Below, piece after piece: positions 9,581-18,817 of a DNA stretch of 64,000 bases; positions within the stretch are counted from its first letter, which is position 1; each line of letters begins with the position of its first letter. Both the position numbers and the translations under genes were made by a program. The DNA comes from Rhodanobacteraceae bacterium (lineage in GTDB: Bacteria; Pseudomonadota; Gammaproteobacteria; Xanthomonadales; Rhodanobacteraceae), in NCBI GenBank assembly GCA_030167125.1, contig CP126531.1:2394578-2458577 (forward strand). Reading direction: 5' to 3'. Below the pieces are notes generated by a model. It searched no databases. It saw nothing but the letters and a program-made list of their open reading frames with translations, and was not told where the DNA came from.

Positions 9581-11323
9581 ATGACGCGCCGCACGCCGGA
9601 TTCGTCCCGGAAACCCGGATGGTTCGCCAATCCCCGCACGCTGCGGCGCGCGGGCATTGCGCTGCTGTGCGTGCTGCTGGCCGGCATCGGCACGGCGGCA
9701 CTTTCGCGGCACGCAGCGCCGCCAAGCGCAATTGCCACGCCCGCGGCCGGCACGACAACTGCTGCACCGGCGCTGGCGGCGTCCGCAGGCACGCCGGCCA
9801 GCTCGACGCCTGCGCCGCGTCATCCCGCGACAAAAGCTGCCGTTCGCAAACCCGCGCCCGCCGCACACGTTGCCACGCCCGCGCCGGCGACCACCGGCGC
9901 CGCGCCACCGCGGGCCAGGGCGATCACGAACGTCGCCACGCCATCGCTGGACGACATCGAGCACCGCACCTTCGAGTTCTTCTGGCAGACGCCCAACCCG
10001 CAGAACGGACTGGTGCCCGACCACTGGCCGCTCGGCAAGGAACCGTTCGCCAGCATCGCCGCCGTCGGCTTCGGCCTGACGGCGTACCCGATCGGCGTCG
10101 AGCGCGGCTGGATCACACGCGCGCAGGCGAGCGAGCGCGTGCTGACCACGTTGCGCTTCTTCGCCGACGCGCCGCAGGGCGCGGACGAGGATGGCGATTC
10201 GGGCTACCACGGTTTCTACTACCACTTCCTCGACATGCAGACGGGCCGGCGCTACGCGCGCTGGGTCGAGGTCTCCACGGTCGACACCACGTGGCTGATG
10301 GCGGGCGTGCTGTTCGATGAAACCTATTTCGACGAGGACAATCCGCAGGAGCGCGAGATCCGCAAGCTCGCCGAGAAACTGTACGACGACGTGGACTGGA
10401 CCTGGGCGCAGGTGCGGCCGCCGCTGATCAGCATGGGCTGGACGCCGGGCGGCAAGTTCATCCCGCAGGACTGGAAGGGCTACAACGAAGCGATGATGCT
10501 CTACATCCTCGCGCTCGGCTCGCCCCGCCACGCGATCAAACCCGACGCGTGGAACGCGTGGACCTCCACGTACAAGCAGACCTGGGGCACGTTCATGAGC
10601 GGCAAGCCGCGCGTCGGTTTCGGGCCGCTGTTCGGGCACCAGTACAGTGAATCGTGGATCGATTTCCGCGGCATCCAGGATGCGTGGATGCGCGCGCACG
10701 ACCTCACCTATTTCGAGAACAGCCGCCGCGCGGTGATCGGACAGCAGCAGTACGCGGTGTCCGGCGCCGGACGTTTCGTCGGTTACGGCGCCAACATCTG
10801 GGGACTGACCGCCTGCGACGGACCCGGCGATACCACCTGGGACCACGAAGACGGCACGGTCACGCAGTTCTACGGCTACTTCGCGCGCGGCGCCGGCGTC
10901 GGCGACATCACCGACGACGGCACCATCGCGCCGACCGCGTCGATCGCATCGATCGTGTTCGCGCCGGACCTGGTGCTGCCCACCATCCGCGCGATGTACA
11001 CGCGCTACGGCAAGTGGCTGTATTCGACGTACGGTTTCTACGACGCGTTCAATCCGACCTTCCAGTTGCACGTGCCGCTGCGCAGCGGCTACATGGTTCC
11101 CAGCGAAGGCTGGTTCGACAACCAGTACCTCGGCATCGACCAGGGACCGATCCTGCTGATGATCGAGAACTACCGCTCGGGATTCGTGTGGCGGGTGATG
11201 CGCCGCAATCCGCACATCCGGCAAGGACTCGAACGCGCGGGATTCAGCGGCGGCTGGCTGGCGGAACCGCCCGCCAGCGCGGCGTCTGCTGCGCCTGCGC
11301 CCGTCGCCGCTTTGGTGCAATGA
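9581..11323 (+). CDS. glucoamylase-family / GH144-like (endo-beta-1,2-glucanase family, DUF3131) protein with N-terminal membrane anchor and Ala/Pro/Thr linker
   Basis: 580 aa. A TM segment (AGIALLCVLLAGIGTAAL) is followed by a low-complexity linker and then a conserved core FEFFWQTPNPQNGLVPDHWP...GFYYHFLDMQTGRR...TVDTTWLMAGVLF. The family assignment is from memory of that core. Coding status is certain; the function is less so. Confidence 0.65.
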   Translation: MTRRTPDSSRKPGWFANPRTLRRAGIALLCVLLAGIGTAALSRHAAPPSAIATPAAGTTTAAPALAASAGTPASSTPAPRHPATKAAVRKPAPAAHVATPAPATTGAAPPRARAITNVATPSLDDIEHRTFEFFWQTPNPQNGLVPDHWPLGKEPFASIAAVGFGLTAYPIGVERGWITRAQASERVLTTLRFFADAPQGADEDGDSGYHGFYYHFLDMQTGRRYARWVEVSTVDTTWLMAGVLFDETYFDEDNPQEREIRKLAEKLYDDVDWTWAQVRPPLISMGWTPGGKFIPQDWKGYNEAMMLYILALGSPRHAIKPDAWNAWTSTYKQTWGTFMSGKPRVGFGPLFGHQYSESWIDFRGIQDAWMRAHDLTYFENSRRAVIGQQQYAVSGAGRFVGYGANIWGLTACDGPGDTTWDHEDGTVTQFYGYFARGAGVGDITDDGTIAPTASIASIVFAPDLVLPTIRAMYTRYGKWLYSTYGFYDAFNPTFQLHVPLRSGYMVPSEGWFDNQYLGIDQGPILLMIENYRSGFVWRVMRRNPHIRQGLERAGFSGGWLAEPPASAASAAPAPVAALVQ

Positions 11324-11518
11324 GTTGCGCGACGCGCGCGTGACTTCGCGTTGCGCGAAAAGTTTCACGCGTGTTCACTTCGCGTTTTCACACGCGCGAT
11401 GAACGTTTCCTGATTCTCTAGCGAAACCTTAACGAACGTTGCCGATTGCCTCCAGTCTCAGTGACCAAGCGCGTGCGAATGCACTGCATGCGTGAACAAT
11501 CACGATGGAGACAACAAC

Positions 11519-12118
11519 ATGATGCGCAACACAGCAATCGTCCTCGCCGTCGCCGCGGTTTTCGCGGCAGCGCCAGTTTTCGCGCAGGACGCGGCGAACA
11601 CGACCGGCGCCGACAGCGGATTTTTCGTCAACGGCAACGTGGGCCACAGCTACTTCGGCAGCGGCCAGAACAGCGGCAGCGACACCGGCTATCAGCTCGA
11701 TGGCGGCTATCGCTGGGCGCTCGGCAATGGCTTCGCGCTTGGCCCCGAGATCGGCTACAACGACCTCGGCAACATCCACGCCAAGAACGTGTTCAATTCC
11801 AACCCCGTGATTGCGCCGGGCAAGTCCTCGCTGCACGGCTGGACCGTCGGCGCGAACGCCAAGTACAACGTCACGCCCAACTGGTATTTGTCCGCACGCA
11901 CCGGCTTGTATGCGTGGAACGGCCACGGCATGACCCGCGACATCACGCCGGTCAGCACCGGCCGCTCGGGCGACGGCTACTACGGCGGCGTGGGCGTGGG
12001 TTACGACTTCAGCCGCAGGTTCGGCGTCGGCGTCGGTTACGACTACTACCGCGCCAAGAAGGACGACATCAACCTGTCCACCGGCTTGTTGTCGGCACAG
12101 GCCGAAGTGCGGTTCTGA
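11519..12118 (+). CDS. outer-membrane beta-barrel protein (OmpA-like N-terminal / porin family)
   Basis: Signal peptide MMRNTAIVLAVAAVFAAAPVFAQ, alternating Gly/aromatic strands and a C-terminal ...AEVRF. The ATG at 11519 is preferred over the ORF-track start at 11492. Confidence 0.8.
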   Translation: MMRNTAIVLAVAAVFAAAPVFAQDAANTTGADSGFFVNGNVGHSYFGSGQNSGSDTGYQLDGGYRWALGNGFALGPEIGYNDLGNIHAKNVFNSNPVIAPGKSSLHGWTVGANAKYNVTPNWYLSARTGLYAWNGHGMTRDITPVSTGRSGDGYYGGVGVGYDFSRRFGVGVGYDYYRAKKDDINLSTGLLSAQAEVRF

Positions 12119-12132
12119 TCTCGCCGCCGGGG

Positions 12133-12243
12133 CATCCCCCCGATGCTTCGCATTGACCCCCTTCCTCGCGGAAGGGGGTTTTCAATGGACACCCCCTTCG
12201 CTTGCGAAGGGGGTCGTCACGTCGCGCAACGCGCGACGTGACG
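12133..12243. repeat. REP-like cluster: family-1 bipartite unit (12133-12179) plus hairpins 12192-12213 and 12215-12243
   Basis: The cluster contains CATCCCCCC-gatgc/gcatt-GACCCCCTTCC-tcgc-GGAAGGGGGT, then cccccttcg-cttg-cgaaggggg, then a 13-bp stem cgtcacgtcgcgc/gcgcgacgtgacg. Confidence 0.8.
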
Positions 12244-12254
12244 GGGGGATGAAC

Positions 12255-12506
12255 TCAATGCGAAGAACTCCCCGTCGCAGCGTCAACCGCCGCGGCCTGC
12301 TTCTTGGCCTGTTCGTCGACGATGTTCTGCACGTTCTTCGCCTTGTCTAGCGCGTGGCCGTAAGCGGCCATCGGCGTGCCGGCGAGCGCGTTGGTGGTGG
12401 CCGATGCGGGCGTCGCCGATGTCGTCGCGGCGGCATCAGGTGCCGGATGCGATGCACAGGCGGCCAGCATCGCAATCAGCAAAATCGTGGCGAGGGCACG
12501 GACCAT
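12255..12506 (-). CDS. small lipoprotein, function unknown
   Basis: MVRALATILLIAMLAAC contains a lipobox (LAAC) and is followed by an Ala/Thr-rich mature region. The internal Met at 12506 is preferred as the start. Confidence 0.6.
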   Translation of the reverse strand: MVRALATILLIAMLAACASHPAPDAAATTSATPASATTNALAGTPMAAYGHALDKAKNVQNIVDEQAKKQAAAVDAATGSSSH

Positions 12507-12582
12507 GGCGCGCAGTGTCGCGCCGCGGGCGGTGCCGCGCAAGCTGCGCTAAGCTTCGCGAGACGAACCACGGAGTCCGCGC

Positions 12583-13365
12583 GTGAATGCAACCCCCGGA
12601 CGCTGGCGACTCGACGGCCAGACCTGCCTGATCACCGGCGCCAGCCGCGGCATCGGACTTGCCTGCGCGCGCGAGCTGGCGAGCCTGGGCGCGCAACCGC
12701 TGCTGGTCGCGCGCGACGAAGCCGAGTTGAATTCGGTCTGCGACGAACTGCGCGAGGATTTTCCGGCAAGCGAACCGCGCGTGTTTTCCGCCGACGTCGG
12801 CGACGCCGAAGACCGCCTCGCGATCTTCGACTGGATCGCCGACCTCGACGTGCCGCTGTCGCTGCTCATCAACAACGCCGGCGGCAACATCAAGAAGCCC
12901 ACGCTGGATTGCGAACCCGGCGACATCGAAGAAGTGCTGCGCCTCAACAGCGTGGCCGCGTTCGATCTGTGCCGGCTCGCGTATCCGCGCCTCGCCCAGC
13001 ACGGCAACGCCGCGATCGTGAACATCGGTTCGGTGTCCGGCGCGACCCACGTCCGCACCGGCGTTGCCTATGGCATGAGCAAGGCCGCGCTGCACCAGAT
13101 GACGCGCAACCTCGCCTGCGAGTGGGCCGACGACGGCATCCGCGTCAACGCGGTCGCGCCGTGGTACATCCGCACGCGCCGCACCGACGCGGCGCTGTCC
13201 GATCCCGATTACCTCGACGAGGTGCTGCTGCGCACGCCGATGGCGCGCATCGGCGAGCCCGAGGAAGTGGCCGCCGCGGTCGCGTTCCTGTGCATGCCCG
13301 CCGCCAGCTACGTTACCGGTCAGGTGCTGGCGGTGGACGGCGGTTTCCTGCATTACGGTTTCTGA
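12583..13365 (+). CDS. SDR-family oxidoreductase (tropinone-reductase-like)
   Basis: 260 aa with the TGASRGIG cofactor motif, NNAGG, and a Y-x3-K context (YGMSKAAL). Confidence 0.9.
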   Translation: MNATPGRWRLDGQTCLITGASRGIGLACARELASLGAQPLLVARDEAELNSVCDELREDFPASEPRVFSADVGDAEDRLAIFDWIADLDVPLSLLINNAGGNIKKPTLDCEPGDIEEVLRLNSVAAFDLCRLAYPRLAQHGNAAIVNIGSVSGATHVRTGVAYGMSKAALHQMTRNLACEWADDGIRVNAVAPWYIRTRRTDAALSDPDYLDEVLLRTPMARIGEPEEVAAAVAFLCMPAASYVTGQVLAVDGGFLHYGF

Positions 13366-13370
13366 TCGCG

Positions 13371-13874
13371 ATGCGCCATTACGACTACCTCGACACGCCC
13401 ATTGGTCCCTTGCTGCTGGTCTGCGACGGCGAGGGCCTGGTGTACGTCGGCCTGCCGCGGCACGGCGCCGCGCAAGCCGCGCCGGACGGCGCCCAGCGGA
13501 GCAAATCCAAACTGCACGCGGCCGCGCGCGAACTCGACGAATACTTCGCGGGCACGCGCCAGGCATTCGACGTGCCGTTGCATCCGTCCGGCACACCGTT
13601 CCAGTTGGAGGTGTGGGGCGCGTTGCTCGCGATCCCGTACGGCGAAACGGTGAGCTACGCCGACATCGCGCGGCGCATCCATCGTCCGCGCGCGGTGCGC
13701 GCGGTGGGTGCCGCCAACGGCGCCAATCCGCTTTCGATCTTCGTGCCCTGCCACCGCGTGATCGGAAGCCATGGCGACCTCACCGGCTATGGCGGCGGCC
13801 TGCCGGCGAAACGCTGGCTGCTCGCGCACGAGCGCAGGCACGCGCCGGTGCCGGAGCTCACGCTGACGGCGTAA
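13371..13874 (+). CDS. ogt: methylated-DNA--protein-cysteine methyltransferase
   Basis: MRHYDYLDTPIGPLLLVCDG..., the active-site motif PCHRVIG, and YGGGLPAKRWLL. The long 12354 start in the ORF track is a shadow extension. Confidence 0.9.
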   Translation: MRHYDYLDTPIGPLLLVCDGEGLVYVGLPRHGAAQAAPDGAQRSKSKLHAAARELDEYFAGTRQAFDVPLHPSGTPFQLEVWGALLAIPYGETVSYADIARRIHRPRAVRAVGAANGANPLSIFVPCHRVIGSHGDLTGYGGGLPAKRWLLAHERRHAPVPELTLTA

Positions 13875-13883
13875 TGCAAGTCT

Positions 13884-13979
13884 GCTCAAAAAGCCATCCC
13901 CCTCAATCCCCCTTCGCAAGCGAAGGGGGAGGACAAGCACGCGGCGCGCGACTTGTACCCCCTTCCGCAGGAAGGGCGG
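13884..13979. repeat. REP-like cluster: family-2 unit (gctcaaaaagccatccccctcaat + hairpin 13907-13930) and hairpin 13958-13979
   Basis: Hairpins tccccc-ttcgcaagcgaa-ggggga and cccccttcc-gca-ggaagggcgg. An inverted family-2 copy lies at 14742-14788. Confidence 0.75.
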
Positions 13980-14059
13980 AGCGATAGCGAACGCGCGCGC
14001 AGCGCGGGGCGCGAAGCGCCGGGGGATGAAATTTTCGCGAGTCGACCTGTCGACTCGCT

Positions 14060-14704
14060 TCAACAATTTTTCAGTTCCGAAGCGAGCTGCTGCTCGCGCC
14101 GTTCAAGCGGCGGCTGTTCGTGCGGCATCGCCATGCGCAGCCTGCGATGGTTGTCGTCGTATTCGCGTTGCACGTAGGCGCACACCTGCGCCTGCGTCGC
14201 GGGCAGGCACGTGTCCTCGACTTCGGTCATGCCGGTGGCGATGCGCGGTCCGCCGATCCGCGGCTTCGACAATTCCGGAGCCGACACGCCCGCACCGCCC
14301 GGCGCGCCGTAAGCCTGCGACAACGATTGCGGCGGATAACCCATCACGCCCAGCGGCGCGAGGTACGGCGGCGGCGGTGCAGACGTCAGGTATTGTTTGC
14401 CGTTCACGGCGCCCACGCATTCGTACATCAACGGCAGCGGCGATGATGCGGGCGGCACGTCGACCGGCGGTGGCGATGCGCTGCTCGCCGTGGCGGTCGG
14501 CACGGTGGCGGCCGGCGGCGGCACGTAGCCCGGCGGCGCATGGCTCGGCACATCGAGGACGGCCTGCTTCTGTCCGCGTGCGCAGGCGCGGTCCTGGTAA
14601 CTCACGCTGCCGTTCGTGGCGGTGCAGCGATACACCTGCGCATGCGCATGCACACACCAAAACATGCAGGCGAGAATCACGACAGCGGCGACCACGGACT
14701 TCAT
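14060..14704 (-). CDS. DUF4124-domain secreted protein with Pro-rich linker
   Basis: Signal peptide MKSVVAAVVILACMFWCVHAHAQ, followed by VYRCTATNGSVSYQDRAC, which is typical of the DUF4124 N-terminus. The ATG at 14704 is preferred; the 14866 start reads through a repeat. Confidence 0.75.
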   Translation of the reverse strand: MKSVVAAVVILACMFWCVHAHAQVYRCTATNGSVSYQDRACARGQKQAVLDVPSHAPPGYVPPPAATVPTATASSASPPPVDVPPASSPLPLMYECVGAVNGKQYLTSAPPPPYLAPLGVMGYPPQSLSQAYGAPGGAGVSAPELSKPRIGGPRIATGMTEVEDTCLPATQAQVCAYVQREYDDNHRRLRMAMPHEQPPLERREQQLASELKNC

Positions 14705-14741
14705 GCAAACGATTTTACGTCTGCGTCGCACCGTTGTTCCT

Positions 14742-14840
14742 CCCCCTTCCGCAGGAAAGGGGGATTGAGGGCAATGGCTTTTCGCGAGTGCGCACATCCC
14801 CCCGCGCCTACGGCGCGACCCCCTTCGGAACGAAGGGGGT
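14742..14840. repeat. REP-like cluster: family-2 unit (inverted, 14742-14788) and family-1 bipartite unit (14795-14840)
   Basis: The cluster contains cccccttcc-gca-ggaaaggggg-attgagggcaatggcttttcgcgag, then CATCCCCCC-gcgcc/ggcgc-GACCCCCTTCG-gaa-CGAAGGGGGT. Confidence 0.8.
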
Positions 14841-14849
14841 AACAGCCGC

Positions 14850-15677
14850 TCACGAACGAAGCCCAACGCCCTTCTGCAGCAACCACAGCGCGAACCCGCC
14901 CAGCACGACCACGAACGCCAGCATCACCACGTAGGCGACCCACACCGGCACGTCGCCGACGCCGAGGATGCCGTAGCGGAACGCGTTGACCATGTACAGG
15001 ATCGGGTTGACCTTCGACATTTCGCGCCACGGCGAGCCCAGCATGCTGATCGAATAGAACACGCCGCCCAAATAACTCAGCGGCGTCAGCACGAAGGTGG
15101 GCACCATCTGGATGTCGTCGAAGCGCTTGGCGAAGGTCGCGTTGATGAAGCCGGCCAGCGAGAAGATCGTGGAGCCGAGCAGCACCGTGGTCACCGCGAC
15201 CAGCGGATGCGCGAGATGGAGCGAGGTGAAGAACAGCGCGATGCCCAGCACGATGATGCCCACCAGCACGCCGCGCAGCACCGCGCCCGACACGTAGCCC
15301 AGCAGCACCACCCAGTTCGGCATGGGCGAGGCCAGCAATTCCTCGACGTAGCGCCCGAACTTGGAGCCGAAGAAACTCGAGGTGATGTTGCCGTAGCTGT
15401 TGTTGATGATGCTCATCATCACCAGCCCCGGCACGATGTACTGCATGTACGTGAAGCCGTGGATCAGGCCGACGCGGCTGCCGATGACCTTGCCGAAGAT
15501 CACGAAGTACAGCGTCATCGAAATCGCCGGCGGCACCAGCGTCTGCGTCCAGATGCGCAGCATGCGGCGCACTTCGCGGCGCGTGATGGTGCCGAGCGCG
15601 ACCAGGTTGGCGCGCACGCGCGCGGAGCCTGCGTACACCGGCGCAAGGTTCGATGGCGGCGACGCGAGATCGTTCAT
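14850..15677 (-). CDS. yadH: ABC-2 type transporter permease
   Basis: 275 aa, multi-TM, immediately downstream of and overlapping (ATGA) the YadG-like ATPase gene. Confidence 0.85.
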   Translation of the reverse strand: MNDLASPPSNLAPVYAGSARVRANLVALGTITRREVRRMLRIWTQTLVPPAISMTLYFVIFGKVIGSRVGLIHGFTYMQYIVPGLVMMSIINNSYGNITSSFFGSKFGRYVEELLASPMPNWVVLLGYVSGAVLRGVLVGIIVLGIALFFTSLHLAHPLVAVTTVLLGSTIFSLAGFINATFAKRFDDIQMVPTFVLTPLSYLGGVFYSISMLGSPWREMSKVNPILYMVNAFRYGILGVGDVPVWVAYVVMLAFVVVLGGFALWLLQKGVGLRS

Positions 15678-16669
15678 GCCCTGGCCCCGTGGCCGTTGCG
15701 TTCCACCAGCCGCACGAACAGTTCCTCCAGCCGGTTGGTCTTGTTGCGCATCGAGGTCACCGTGATGCCGTGCGCCGTCAGCGCCGCAAACAGCGCATTG
15801 AGGTTGTGCGTGCTGGGCATCTCGGCCTCCAGCGTCGCATCATCGATGCGCTTGAGATTCACGCCGTCGAGTTGCGGCAGCGTGCCGCCGAAACCGGTCA
15901 CGTCAAGCACGAACGATTGCACGTCCAGCTTGGAAAGCAGGCGACGCATCGAGGTGTCTTCGACGATCTCGCCATGGTCGATGATCGCGATGTTGCGGCA
16001 GAGCTGCTCGGCCTCTTCGAGGTAATGCGTGGTCAGGATCACCGTGGTGCCGGCCGCGTTGATGCCGGTGATGAACTGCCACATCGAACGGCGGATCTCG
16101 ATGTCCACACCCGCGGTCGGTTCGTCGAGGATCAGCAGGCGCGGCTCGTTCATCATCGCGCGCGCGATCATCAGCCGCCGCTTCATGCCGCCCGACATCA
16201 TCCGGGTCTGCTGGAACGCCTTGTCCCAGATGCGCAGTTCCTTCAGGTATTTCTCGGCGCGCGGCTTGGCGATCGCACGCGGGATGCCGTAGAAGCCCGC
16301 GACGTTGACGCAGATGTCGAACGGCGTCTCGAACTGGTTGAAGTTGATTTCCTGCGGCACCAGCCCGATCTGGCGCATCACGCCACCGCGGTCGGCGTGG
16401 ATCGACAAGCCGAACACGCGCGCATCGCCGCCGCTCGGGTTGACCAGCGACGACAGGATTCCGATCAGCGTGGATTTGCCCGCGCCGTTGGGGCCGAGCA
16501 GCGCGAAGAAATCGCCTTGCGCGACCTTCAGCGAAACGCCCTTCAGCGCCTCGACACCATTCGAATAGGTCTTGCGCAAATCGACGACTTCCAGCGCCGG
16601 AACGACGCTGGAAGCGGGGCTTGCGGGCGAGTGGGACGAGGCGTTGGGCGCAGCGGAATCAGCGGGCAT
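15674..16669 (-). CDS. yadG: ABC transporter ATP-binding protein
   Basis: Walker A GPNGAGKST, signature MSGGMKRRL and Walker B LLILDEPT. Collinear with E. coli YadG, including the NKTNRLEELFVRLV tail. The exact start is uncertain. Confidence 0.88.
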   Translation of the reverse strand: MPADSAAPNASSHSPASPASSVVPALEVVDLRKTYSNGVEALKGVSLKVAQGDFFALLGPNGAGKSTLIGILSSLVNPSGGDARVFGLSIHADRGGVMRQIGLVPQEINFNQFETPFDICVNVAGFYGIPRAIAKPRAEKYLKELRIWDKAFQQTRMMSGGMKRRLMIARAMMNEPRLLILDEPTAGVDIEIRRSMWQFITGINAAGTTVILTTHYLEEAEQLCRNIAIIDHGEIVEDTSMRRLLSKLDVQSFVLDVTGFGGTLPQLDGVNLKRIDDATLEAEMPSTHNLNALFAALTAHGITVTSMRNKTNRLEELFVRLVERNGHGARA

Positions 16670-16716
16670 CCCCTATTATAGAAGTTTCGCCTGCGCGGCC
16701 ACGTGCCGAACGGCCC

Positions 16717-17460
16717 ATGATCGAGCACTTCCAACTCGAGCTTGTCGACAGCCACATGCTGGCGCCCAGCGTGCGCCACCTCGCGTTCGAACGCGCGGAC
16801 GGCACGCCGTTCAAGTTCACGCCCGGCCAGTTCATCCAGATCCACTTCAATTACGACGACGGCAAGCCGACCAAGCGCAGCTATTCGGTCGGCACGCCGG
16901 TTGCTGGCGGCGAAGCCGGCCGGCTGGAAATCGCGGTGTCGTATGTCGAGGGCGGCGCCGCCACCAAGCTGCTCGGCGGCCTCGAACACGGCGGCACGGT
17001 CGATGCGAGCGGTCCGTACGGACGCTTCTGCCTGATGGACGACGACGCCAACCAGCGTTACCTGCTGATCGCGACCGGCACCGGCATCACGCCGTACCGA
17101 GCGATGCTGCCGAAGATCGAGCGGCTGATCGCCGAGCGCGGCATCCGCGTCGCGCTGCTGTACGGCGCGCGCAACGAACAGGAACTGTTGTACGGCGAGG
17201 AATTCGAAGCCTTCGCGCAGAAACACCCGGAGTTCACCTTTCACGCCTGCCTATCGCGCGTCGCCCGCGCGGCGCCGCGCCCGAACGATCGCCGCGGCCA
17301 CGTGCAGGACGCGCTGCCCGAACTCAGCGTCGATCCCGAGCACGACATCGCCTACCTGTGCGGCAACCCCGACATGATCGACGCCAACTTCACCCTGCTG
17401 AAGGAACTCGGCATGCCGATCAAGCACATCCGCCGCGAGAAGTACGTGTCGTCGCGCTGA
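16717..17460 (+). CDS. FAD-binding oxidoreductase / ferredoxin--NADP(+) reductase family
   Basis: MIEHFQLELV..., the RSYS FAD motif, LIATGTGITPYRAML and YLCGNPDMI. The ATG at 16717 is preferred because it avoids overlap with yadG. Confidence 0.85.
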   Translation: MIEHFQLELVDSHMLAPSVRHLAFERADGTPFKFTPGQFIQIHFNYDDGKPTKRSYSVGTPVAGGEAGRLEIAVSYVEGGAATKLLGGLEHGGTVDASGPYGRFCLMDDDANQRYLLIATGTGITPYRAMLPKIERLIAERGIRVALLYGARNEQELLYGEEFEAFAQKHPEFTFHACLSRVARAAPRPNDRRGHVQDALPELSVDPEHDIAYLCGNPDMIDANFTLLKELGMPIKHIRREKYVSSR

Positions 17461-17464
17461 GCGT

Positions 17465-18652
17465 TCACGCCTCTGCCGGCAAGCGCCCCCGCACGTTCTC
17501 GGCGTCGAACGGACCGGGTGACGCGATCAGGTTGCGCGCGGCATCGACCTGGCCCCAGGTGTTCCACAGCAGCACGCCGCGCACGCGGCCGCCGTCGAGG
17601 TAGTACACCACGCCTTCGCGGAACGGCGTGACCCATTGCTCGACGGTCTCCAGGCGCGAATCGAGCGTGCCGACGGCTTCGTAGCCGAGGTCGAACAGGT
17701 CCGAATAGAAGAACGGCAGCTCGTCGTAGGGCACGTCCTGTCCCGCCATGCACTTGCCGGCACGCGTGCCCATCGTGATCGCAGCGTTCTCGTGCTCGAC
17801 GCGCAACCGATGGCCCAACGCGGGCGCGGGAAACGACGCCACGTCGCCGGCCGCGTAGATGTCGGGATCGGATGTCTGCAGGTGCGCGTTCACCACGATC
17901 CCGTTGTCGACCTCCAGGCCCGCCGCTTCGGCGAGCTGAACGTTGGGCGTGATGCCGAGGCCCGCGACCACGGCGTCGGCGGCGAGCGTGCTGCCGTCCG
18001 ACAGTTTCAGTTGCGTGCCTTGCGCAGTGCCGCTGCCGCCCTCGACGTTGACGCCGGCGCGCACGTCCACGCCCTTTTCACGATAGTACGCAGTGACGGC
18101 GTCGGCCAGCGATTCCGGATACACGCGCGCGCCGATCGCGTCTTCGGGGAACAGCATCGTGACCTTGCAATCGTTCATTGCCATCGCCGCGGCGATCTCG
18201 CTGCCGATGAAACCGCCGCCCACGACGGCGATGCGCGCGCCGGACTTCACCGAAGCGCGCAGCCGCTGGTAATCGTCGAAGGTGCGGTAATAAATGAAAT
18301 CGTTGCCGCCGCGGGGCAACTTGCGCGGCGTGCCGCCGGTGGCGATCAGGAGTTTCCCATATTTCCAGGTGTCGCCCTTGTCGTCCCTGACGACGTGCGC
18401 GGCGCGGTCGATCTTCACCGCGCGCCGCTGCAACGCGACCTCCGCGCGCGCCTTGTCGATCGGCCGCCAGATGTCGGCTTCCTTGCCGTCCTTCCACAAT
18501 TTCTTGGTCAGCGGCGGGCGGTCGTAGGGCGGATGCGATTCCTCGCCGAGCATGCCGATGCTCGCGTTCGCGTCGGCTTCGCGCAGCGCCTGCGCCGCGG
18601 CCTCGCCGGCCATGCCGGCGCCGATGATCAGGTAATCGAAGGCGTGTTGCAT
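17465..18652 (-). CDS. NAD(P)/FAD-dependent oxidoreductase (pyridine nucleotide-disulfide / AIF-like ferredoxin-reductase family)
   Basis: 395 aa with two dinucleotide motifs, YLIIGAGMAGEAA and IAVVGGGFIGSEIA. Confidence 0.88.
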   Translation of the reverse strand: MQHAFDYLIIGAGMAGEAAAQALREADANASIGMLGEESHPPYDRPPLTKKLWKDGKEADIWRPIDKARAEVALQRRAVKIDRAAHVVRDDKGDTWKYGKLLIATGGTPRKLPRGGNDFIYYRTFDDYQRLRASVKSGARIAVVGGGFIGSEIAAAMAMNDCKVTMLFPEDAIGARVYPESLADAVTAYYREKGVDVRAGVNVEGGSGTAQGTQLKLSDGSTLAADAVVAGLGITPNVQLAEAAGLEVDNGIVVNAHLQTSDPDIYAAGDVASFPAPALGHRLRVEHENAAITMGTRAGKCMAGQDVPYDELPFFYSDLFDLGYEAVGTLDSRLETVEQWVTPFREGVVYYLDGGRVRGVLLWNTWGQVDAARNLIASPGPFDAENVRGRLPAEA

Positions 18653-18753
18653 AGCGGTTTCTCTCGCTGAAGTATGAATTCACGAGGATACGCGCTTCGG
18701 CGTAAAGCTGCCGCGCGGGATGTGTCAACTGCATGGCGTGTCTCGCGCATCAG

Positions 18754-18810
18754 CATCCCCCGATGCGTCTGCCGCTGGCAGACGTCGACCCCCTTCCTGC
18801 GGAAGGGGGT
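18754..18810. repeat. family-1 bipartite REP unit (expanded middle hairpin)
   Basis: CATCCCCC-ga(tg)cgtctgcc/ggcagacgtc-GACCCCCTTCC-tgc-GGAAGGGGGT, located between the oxidoreductase start and the queF stop. Confidence 0.75.
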
Positions 18811-18817
18811 GAGAGCT

